Below are positions 54,769 through 64,000 of a stretch of 64,000 nucleotides of DNA, in pieces. The DNA is from Salpingoeca rosetta (lineage: Eukaryota; Protista; Choanoflagellata): NCBI GenBank assembly GCA_033442325.1, contig JAWQFM010000018.1, forward strand, positions 1 through 64,000, written 5' to 3'. The first letter of the stretch is position 1; every line of letters starts with the position of its first letter. The notes under the pieces were generated by a model that did no database searches, was not told the origin of the DNA, and saw nothing but the letters and a program-made list of their open reading frames with translations. Both the position numbers and the translations under genes were made by a program.

Positions 54769-55276
54769 ACAGACACACACACACAGACACACAGACACAC
54801 ACACACACACACACCTGGTACTGGCCGCGTTTTGCTGCAGCTTTGATGTCCCACCACGCGGGGGATGGGAGGCCGGGAGCAATGGTCTGTAGGAGGTGGT
54901 GCAGTGCGCGCGCATCGTGATGCTTGAACGGGCAGTGGTAGTCTTGCATCATCTTGGTGCACTCGAAGGGCTGCCTATCGATCCTGCTTCCCTCCAGCCC
55001 ATACAGGTGCCTGATGCTGTACTCGTACTTCTTGCGTCGCAGCACCTCTGCGCTCATCGCCTTTCGAAACTCCCGCAGCAGCAGCGCCTGCGTCTCCTTC
55101 ACAGCCAGACCAGCGCCTGACCCAGGGTAAGTAGGCAGTTTGGGGCGGCGAAGGGAATATATGTGTCGGCACAGTGAGGGAAACCAAGCGAGGGTAACGC
55201 TGATGCAGGCAGGCACACGCACACACATAGACACACACACACACAGACAGACAGACACATACACACAGACACATAC

Positions 55277-55316
<40 letters not shown>

Positions 55317-56007
55317 GCACGCATGCACGCACGCACACGCACGCACGCTCGCACACGCACGCGCGCACTTACTTACCTTTGAGGAAGAGGATGAGCGGTA
55401 AGCGGTCCTGGTGCTTGAGGTGGTGCGTCGTTCGAAGTTTGGTCAGCAGGTGGTGCATGCATGGTGGCGTCATGTGCACATTGGCCTCAAACTCAACCCG
55501 GTTCAGCTTGCACGCTGTTGTCGCGATTGTGAATGTAGCGGAGGAGGGAATGGTGGATGTGATGGGGGGGGGAGGGAGTGAGCAGGAGAGCGCGCGCCTG
55601 TGACAAGCAGAGCGTCAGGTAGACAGACAGACACACACACACAGACACACAGACACACAGGCACACACACGTGCACACGTGGGCTGCTGACCTGGTGCGT
55701 CCTTGAGCGGCTCTGCGGGACGCGGGACGAGGTTTTCTTCGATGGCGACGGCGACGCGACGGAGGAGCGGCAGCATGCGCGCCCGCTCATGTGCATCTGG
55801 CGATGATACAAAGAAGACACGTGGGTCTATTGTGGCCAGCGCAATGTGTACACACAGACACAGACACAGACACAGATGCAGGGATACACACAGTCATGCA
55901 AGGATACACACACACTCACACATACACACACAGAGAGACACACACACACACACAGTTCACACACACACACACACACAGTTCACACACACACGCACACACA
56001 CACACAC

Positions 56008-56072
<65 letters not shown>

Positions 56073-57026
56073 GTATTCGATGGTCTTGACGAGGTATGAG
56101 AGAGGCTGAGCGGAGGCGGTGAGAGCGCTGCTGGCGAGACGGTGAACAACAGAGGCGACGTGCTCTGCTGGGACAAAGCACTGCCCCCGATGGAGCATGA
56201 TGGCCGGATCGCGGCGGCGAAGAAGATGGGTCGCAACTTCGAACGGAACACCCAGTCGTGCCGGGCACGTGTGGTTTCGTGCTACCGCAGGCGCCGTGCA
56301 CATGCAGTGTCGGTGCTTGAGAGCGGCGGCAACGGCTGCGCTGCATGCAGTCGTCTTGGCTGTTGTTGCCGATGTCCCTGAGCGACGCGGAAGTGGACGC
56401 ACTGTTGCCGCAGCCTCAGCCGCCGCCGCCGCTGCTGCCGCTGCCGCTGCCGCTGTTGCTGACGGCACCACGGAGAAGCTGGCCAGGTCCAGCTGCTGTT
56501 GTAGGGCGCGTTGGGCGAGCGCAGGGCTGGCAAGCGCAGTGCGGTGCACGAAGAGGCGCGCCTCGTGTCGGCACACCGCAGACAGCAGCTTGTGCTGGCG
56601 GTCGCGCTGCTCTCTGTCGCTGGCTTTGCCCTGTGGTGCTGGCGGTGCTGTCAAGCACGCCATAAGCAAGAGCGTGCGCGACATGTCGTCCAACTGCCGC
56701 ATGCGCGCTGTCCATCGGTCTGCAGCGTAGAAGATGGGTGCCTGGTGCCTGCTTGTATCTGGCAGGGCCATAGGCGAGTCCGGTGCATCTGCGATGGCCT
56801 CTATCCGCGCCGTGACTGCCGCTTCCATCTCCTCCATGCTCCACTCCACTGCCAACACCTCATCCAATCGCGTTTCCGCGCCTGTCCCACACACGCGCAG
56901 CCCGTGCTCGCACCCTTCTCCTTCCTCGTCCTCCTCCTCAACTTCTCTTGCTCCCTCCTCTTCCTCGCCACTGCCAACCACATCCTCATCTTCATCACTG
57001 TCATCAGGCAACATTCGCCGCGCCAT
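54127..57026 (-). CDS. DNA primase large subunit (PriL/PRIM2)-like protein, divergent
   Basis: DDMSR..L, E.RLF..R, VPFEVA..L.RR..LHRG.CFVP, PPCM...[26 protein letters not shown]....PFEC, HCPF, QYQAAC, plus a probable last exon with SPNAYF. All four Fe-S cysteines are present. The last splice is unresolved, with an alternative stop at 54304. Confidence 0.85.
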
Positions 57027-57273
57027 CGGATCCGGTTTGGTGTTGTGCCCGTTGGTGGGCTGGGTGTTTGTGTTGTGTTGTGGCGAATGACGCTTGCTCT
57101 CGCACATGCAGTGCAGTCTCTCTATTGCCGCTGCTGTCATTGATGAATGGGTGCAACGGCACGGGGAACAGAAGTGGAAGCAAGAGGGGACTGGGGGGGG
57201 GGCACGTGTGACAGTACGTGCGTTGTATCATCACAGGGCAAGTGAAGAAGGGAACAGAGAGGAAGGAAAGCTA

Positions 57274-59140
57274 TTAGATCGCATGCTGCGCCTGAAGATG
57301 CCGCTGCAGCCGCTCATACACCTGAGTGAGCGAGGGTGAGTGTGTGTGCGAGTGAGTGAGTGAGTGTGTGTGAGTGAGTGAGTGAGTGAGTGAGTGAGTG
57401 AGTGAGTGAGTGAGTGAGTGAGTGAGTGAGTGAGTGAGTGAGTGAGTGAGTGAGTGAGTGAGAGTGATCTGGGTGCGACATCATCAATGCCCAAGCCCAT
57501 GCTCAACTTCACCTCCCCCCTCCAGGTTGTCCACCACATCAGCGCGTGCCCACGATCACGGCGCACGGCTTCGTACCGTGACCTGCGCCTCCGGCTGCAG
57601 TGCGAAGATGGCGTTGAGAACCTGGTCCAGGTTGAACGGCTGCACGGATGACAGTCATCGTACGGTGGTGATGGTGATGAGGGGGAGAGACCGTGCAAGG
57701 TGGGCACGCAACACAGCGCTAACAGAAGGCAGCGCCACACACGCACGACAGGAGAGAGCCATCTGCACATCGCACAATAGACAGGGGATGCACAAACACA
57801 CAAATCAACACACAGCACAGAGACACACAGACACAGACACACGCACACAGACGCACACAGACACACACACAGACGCACAGACACACAAACCCCCTACGTC
57901 ATGTGTGTGTGTGTGTACCTTGATGAATGTCTGGTAGTAGACGAAGAAGAAGAATGCCATGATGAGCTGGCAGTCAAAGCGGTCTGTGGCGCCGCCGTGG
58001 CCGGGGATCAGATTGTCAAAGTCCTGATGGTCGTGGATGGCGATGGTGAAAGGTGGTAATGGATGGTGGTGATGATGAAAGGTGAGAATTGAGGAACCAT
58101 GACGTGGTGTAAACAGTGCCAACGCACGCGCATCGACACACGCGTACACATACACACATACACGAACGAACGAATGCATGCCCTCACGCGTGCTGCGAGC
58201 GAACACCCCACCACCACCACCACCACCACCACAAGCACCACCTTGATCTTGAATGCGCGCTTGAGGCCCGAGGCGAAGAATCCGCCAAAGGGGGCGATGA
58301 GGGAGGCGAACACGGCCAGGGCAACCGTGTGCAGCACTGCAGGCCGCAGCAGCACCGTCGTCGCGCTGCTCCCAACCTGGACACAAGCCGTGGTGGGTGT
58401 AGTGATGGTGTAGTGATGGTGTAGTGATGGTGAGTTAAGGAGACCTACACATGAAACGCGCGCACACACACACTCACACATATACATGACGCGTGTGTAT
58501 GTGTATGTGTGTGTGCCGCACCAGGGAGAGAAGGTCCACGATGGTTCGTGGCAGCGGAAACTCCTGCGGATGAAACGCGTCTGGAGGAACGCAGGTCTCC
58601 TGACGACGACGGAGGTGACGGTGGTGTGTGAGGTGTTGGAGCTTGTGGGACGTGGAAAACGCAGCAGCACATACGAGGGCTTTCATATACCTACACACTC
58701 ATACGCACAGGCACATACACACATACGCACAGACACATACACACATACATACACAGCCACATAGACACACACATACACACACATACATACACATAGACAC
58801 ACACACAGACAAGCACATGCACACACCCACACCCACACACAGAGCCTACGCACGTCTCCGTATGTTGAGAGGTCCTGCATCGGGCAGGTGAAGAATGGAA
58901 AGCGAGAGAGGATGGAGCTGAAGACGATGCCAAACACGACCGTCGACGCAAAGGCGCCAAGAAACCCCTGATGTTGCGCACGGCAGAGACGGGCGGGGGG
59001 GGGAGGTGGGGTGGTGAGCTCCTTTGAGATAATGACAGAAGGTGCGATAGAAGGTGTGTGGGGAAACAGACCACGTTGAGCAGATAGACACGCATATACA
59101 ATGCACAACACACACACACACACACACACACAATGCACAC

Positions 59141-59192
<52 letters not shown>

Positions 59193-60272
59193 ACAATGTA
59201 CATACACAAACGCAGACATCACAATGCACACACCTCCCATGTTTTCTTTGGGGAGAGGGAGATGAGCTGGGTCTTGCCGAAGAAGAAGCCAAACATGTAC
59301 GCCATAATGTCATTGCAGATGACAAGGCACACCGGCACCAGGAACCTGCACGGAAAAACACACGTGAGAGATGGGAAAGCATGCTCATGCGAAACGGGCG
59401 ACACGCAACTCAAACACGCACACACACACACACACACACGAAACATGTGAAGCATACATACATACATACATACCTACATACATACATACCTACATACATA
59501 CATACATACATACATAACATACATACATACATACATACATAACATACATACATACATACATACATACATACATACATACATACATACATACATACACACA
59601 AAGCACACATGCACAATGCAGCGGGTGCACACCAGATGAGGCCCTCGTAGATGCTGCGCATGAGAAGTGTGGCGGCAGACGCGACGATGAGCAGTGACAG
59701 GTGCGTCCATCCAAACTGCACAAACTGGAACATGTAGAACCCTTTCTTCAGGCTCAGCACAAACGTCACAAAGCCTGGAGGTCGCCACACGCATGGTGGT
59801 GTGAGTGTTTGAGTGAGTGTGAGTGTGAGTGTTTGAGTGAGTGTGAGTGTTTGAGTGAGTGTGAGTGTGAGTGTGAGTGAGTAAGTGAGTAAGTGAGTGA
59901 GTAAGTGAGTGTTTGAGTGAGCGGGTGTGTTGGTGCTGTGAGCGATGTTTCTTCACACGGTTGACACTGTGGCATGAAGAGTGTAAACAGCGGTGCAGCA
60001 TTGACAAGAGTGCCATCGAACACGCGCTTGCCAACCAGCAATGTAGAGGCAGAAGGAGATGAAGCGATGCCGGGTGAGCAGCATCAGCACAACCGGCTGC
60101 ACGCGTGATGTGAAGTAGAGGCATGATGGGGGAGGGGGGGGTGTCAGGTGACGTGAGCATTGAGGGCAGTGTGCATTACTTAAGCATGTCGACAGACAAT
60201 ACGCACTGGTACTTGAACACAGATGCACAGGGAGGGAGGGAGGCGATTTGGGCAATATACACATACACGCAC

Positions 60273-60318
<46 letters not shown>

Positions 60319-61439
60319 AACACGCACACACACACAATCAACACGCACCACGTCTGCAAACTCTTCGTAGAGATGGCGCTCAAAGTTTTCGCTGAGGAAG
60401 AACACGTTGGCCGCAAACACAAAGTACCTGCACACATGCACATGCATGCACACACACGCATGTCAGTGATAGGGGAGTATCGGCCGCCACAATACCTCTT
60501 TGTTTAGAAAGCAAGTGCACATGGGTGCAATGGGCGTGCAACGTACCAGTTGAGCGACCTGAACCACGGCAGCTCGCGTGGCCACGTCTTGTGCCCAAGC
60601 GAAATCACCTCATGCAGCACCTTCAGCTGTAGCGCCAAGATCTGGTGTGGTGTGTGACCAGCAGGGCAGAGCAAGGTGACCTTCAAGCAAAGCACTCTTG
60701 TATCGCGTTGGTTTGGGGGGCGGGGAAGTCATGACTTCTCTGCGCAATCTCTCAACAACAGCAGCAGCAGCAGCAGCAGTTCGTTCAAAAAGCAGCGTCA
60801 TGCTCACTCACGAGAGTTGCCAGAGCCAGTGGGCCGAGGTAAACGACGCCAGCGAAGAGGCCAATCATCGTCCATGACAGAATGCCTCTGATCCACCAGT
60901 TGCGCCACCTGATTGCAAAAGGCAGCACACAAACCACAGACACAGAGGCGGAGATGGCGTGTATGGTGCGCGTCAGTGCGTGAGTGCGCGTATGTGCGTG
61001 TGGGTGTGTGTGTGCATGCGAGAGAATGTGCATGTAGGTGTGTGCATGCAAGAGAGAGTGTGTGTATGTGAACAAGCGTGTGTGAGAGAGAGAGTATGTG
61101 TGTGTATGAATAAGAGCACGCAGGGCATTTGAAGACATGCACACGACGCACTTCTTTGAGGTGGGCTGATCCTTCAGCATGGTCACGGGTTGCGTGCCTT
61201 GCTTCTTCCTGCACACCGAGACAGGACACATGGTCAGCGAGCAGCATCACAATGTCGGAGAGCCAAGCGTGCACACGCACGCACTCATGTATGCATGCAG
61301 CAGAACACAAGCTCGACAGTACGTACGTTTGTGTGTGAGGTGTGCGACGACCCGTGCTTGAAGTCGACGCAAGCCTACTGCCGTGCTTGCCGCTCCCCGT
61401 GGAGCTTGCGCTTCCTGCGCGCCGCCGCTGCGCCGGCAT
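57274..61439 (-). CDS. CDS1: Phosphatidate cytidylyltransferase (CDP-diacylglycerol synthase, eukaryotic CDS1/2 type), about 14 exons
   Basis: [91 protein letters not shown]. Last exon [15 protein letters not shown]. Confidence 0.95.
57337..57462. repeat. (GAGT)n tetranucleotide microsatellite in the last CDP-DAG synthase intron
   Basis: Directly visible. Confidence 0.95.
59453..59595. repeat. (CATA)n tetranucleotide microsatellite, intronic
   Basis: Directly visible. Confidence 0.95.
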
Positions 61440-61646
61440 CTCTCCCTTGTGGTGCGTCCGCGTCGTGCGCCCGCGTCTCTCTCTCTCTCTCTCCCTCTGT
61501 GGTGCCTGCGTGCCTGTCGATCGCTTCCCCACTGTCGCCCCACTCCTCTCTTTTGTCAACAACACAGCACAACAACTGTCTTCGTTTGTGTGTGTGTGTG
61601 TGTGTGCGCACAAAAATAAACAGTGGCGACGACGGAAGCGGAAGTG

Positions 61647-61687
61647 ATGGATGCGGTGATCAAGCACTCCAAGCCCGCGCAGGAGGC

Positions 61688-61766
<79 letters not shown>

Positions 61767-62181
61767 GTGTGTGTGTGTAGCATGTGAGAGAAGGGCTTTT
61801 GCGTTGAGCATATGCGCAATACACCACCACGTTATCTCCACCCGTCTCACATCCTCACATATCACACCACCCGCTCTCCGCCTCCACCTTCCACATTGCA
61901 GCGGCAAGTGTATCTGGATGTGGTGGATCAAGTGATTGCCAACGTCAAGGCCGCGTTCCTGGACGAAGGATCCGACGAGCAAGTGCTCGAGGACCTGCGA
62001 TCGGTACGCATTGACGTGTGCGTGCATTGTGGTCCCTGTGGTAACTGTGACATGCTACCGAGCGTGGTGATTCATGATTCGTGATCAGCGTTACTGTCGA
62101 AGCTCACCCCCTATGCGCGTGTCTTGTCACGTTTATCCAGCTCTGGCTGGCCAACCTCTACGAGCAGCGCACCATCGACAC

Positions 62182-62230
<49 letters not shown>

Positions 62231-63268
62231 GTTTGCGTGCGTGTCTGTCTGTGTGTGCATGTGTGTGTCTGTGTCTGTGAGTCTGTGTCTATGTGTGTCT
62301 GTCTGTGCGTCTGTGTGTCTTTGTGCGTCTGTGTACGTAATTGTGTGTGTGTGTGTGTGCGCGTGTGATCACCTGTGTATGTGTGCACATGGTTTTGTGC
62401 TTGTGTCCGTGTCACTTGGCTTCGTTGCCTCAGTCCACTTCTTCGAACATCATTCCGCCTTCTTCTTGGGGCATGTTCAACTCATCGCGTGTATCGTTGC
62501 GACACAGGGGCTGCACCAAGTGGATGGTGCCGGTGATGATGGTGATGACGATGACGACGATGATGATGGCAACGATGGTGGGCAGCCCACACCCGCACAG
62601 GAGCAGCCACAGCCACAGCCGCAGCAGCCGGACGCAAGTGGCAGTGAACCCAGAGACACACCAGAGACGCAGACGTCCACCGCAAGCACGGGCGGCCAAC
62701 CACCGGCACCAGCGGAGCAGGAGCAACCCTCTCGCAATGATGAGAGCGTCAGCATCGACGACGACGACGACGACGATGACGAGGATGATGATGATGATGA
62801 TGACGAGGAAATGGGCGCACGTCCAAACCACATTATCTGCCAGCACGAGCGGGTATACTGTGTGCATGCATGCATGCATGTGTGTGCGCGTGCGTGTGCG
62901 ATTGTGTGTGTGTGTGTGTGTGCGTGTGCGATTGTGTGTGTGTGTGTGTGTGTGTGCGCGCGATTATGTGTGTGCGTGTGTGTGTGCGATTATGTGTGTG
63001 TGTGTGTGTGTGTGCGTGCGTGTGTGTCTACGTCTGTGCGCATGTGCCGGCCACACCACACTGTATTCACTTGCATTCCTCTTCCCACCGCCCCCCCCCC
63101 CCCCCACACACACACATTACCGCCTTCACGCCACTCCTCTGCGTCCCTGGCTGCTGCCAGATCAACCACTCGAAGAATGTGTGGAAGGCGGCGTTACGCA
63201 ACTGCGTCGTACACGTGGACGGCCAGGACTTTGTCTTCGGCGCCATGAAGCTCGACTATATCTGGTGA
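61647..63268 (+). CDS. GTF2A1: General transcription factor IIA large subunit (alpha/beta precursor), 5 exons
   Basis: VYLDVVDQVIANVKAAFLDEGSDEQVLEDLRSLWLANL (helical N-domain), QVDG, an acidic tract, and NHIICQHERINHSKNVWKAALRNCVVHVDGQDFVF...DYIW* (beta-barrel domain ending in Trp). Confidence 0.92.
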
Positions 63269-63429
63269 TCCGCAGTCGCCGCCGCTGCAGTGTTGGGTGT
63301 TGTGATGCCCGTGCTGTAGTGTCTTGTCGTGTATGAATTGTAGTCTGTGTTGTAGTGTGTGTGTGTGTGAGGTGGAGTGTATTTTGTGCGCGTTGTGTAC
63401 GTTGTGGTTGTGCGTGTGCGTGAACATGT

Positions 63430-63479
<50 letters not shown>

Positions 63480-63483
<4 letters not shown>

Positions 63484-64000
63484 TGCCTACGGGTGGGCGC
63501 TTATAGTCTTAGAGCGTTCAAAGGTAACGGGCGTAGCTTATTGTCTCCGGCGGTCCACGGACTGATACGTCCGTATGCACACTGCAACGGTGTGATCAAT
63601 TCCCACATTCATGTCTACAGATATCATGATGTCTACAAATCAGAAATACAGCTGCCGATGTCCAACGCCGATTTTTTGTAGCGGTTTCTGTGAATACCCG
63701 TGCGCACATAACCGTACGCACATCAGCCTTAGCCCGGGGCTGGACGCGAGTCTGGTAACTTCCAGGGACACAGAATGCGGACATTGGTGTGCATCTGTTT
63801 TCTGCTCTCTCCACATAGGGGAAGACCGCCCAGAGTTAGATTCACCTCAGTGGTAGCGAGTCGCCCACCGCACTAGAATAGTGAGTTTCTCACACGCCTG
63901 TCGAATTATGCCCTCAGATTACTCCATGCTAAAGCACAAAGCCACTATTTTTAGACTATATTCTGGTTGTAACCAGAACAAATATAGGACGTCTGTCCGT
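63480..64000. other. Compositionally distinct unique sequence, possibly the end of a mobile element; runs off the window
   Basis: Abrupt switch after a (TG)n tract to balanced base composition with many TA/TAG words and no microsatellites. No convincing ORF. Confidence 0.4.

Noticed and set aside
61633-61646. Tandem CGGAAG ETS/GABP-like motif in the CDP-DAG synthase/TFIIA divergent promoter
   Set aside because: It abuts the ATG and is probably 5' UTR, it occurs once, and ETS factors are considered animal-specific.
63490-63880. RNase P/MRP, SRP RNA or tRNA
   Set aside because: I could not find the conserved CR-I/CR-V, SRP or T-loop motifs on either strand.

Overview
Eukaryotic, intron-rich, GC-rich genomic DNA with (CA)n/(TG)n microsatellites in most introns and three assembly gaps (6977-7076, 8931-9201, 11623-12081). 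Gene content and style suggest a choanoflagellate, most likely Salpingoeca rosetta (inference). The first ~10 kb has no recognisable gene. It holds a degenerate 55-107 bp minisatellite, clustered palindromes and decayed direct and inverted repeats. From ~10.3 kb on I assembled 13 genes by hand: a Cys-rich protein ending in three bacterial-type PPC-like repeats (+), NOG2/GNL2 (-), CFAP251/WDR66 (+), a small Rcf2/Rcf3-like membrane protein (-), a polyQ non-RD Ser/Thr kinase (+), Haspin (-), a CDKL kinase (+), class III ADH/GSNOR (-), an intronless CIA30-domain protein (+), ARL3 (+), a divergent primase large subunit (-), CDP-DAG synthase (-) and the TFIIA large subunit (+). The last ~520 bp are compositionally foreign. 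Most long ORFs in the supplied track are microsatellite read-through artefacts. The most interesting signals are complementary TG/CA tracts bracketing introns, a probable horizontally acquired PPC exon, a predicted dual-targeted GSNOR, a divergent PriL, a Taspase1 site in TFIIA, and four compact head-to-head gene pairs. Exon boundaries were read by eye and no searches were run.
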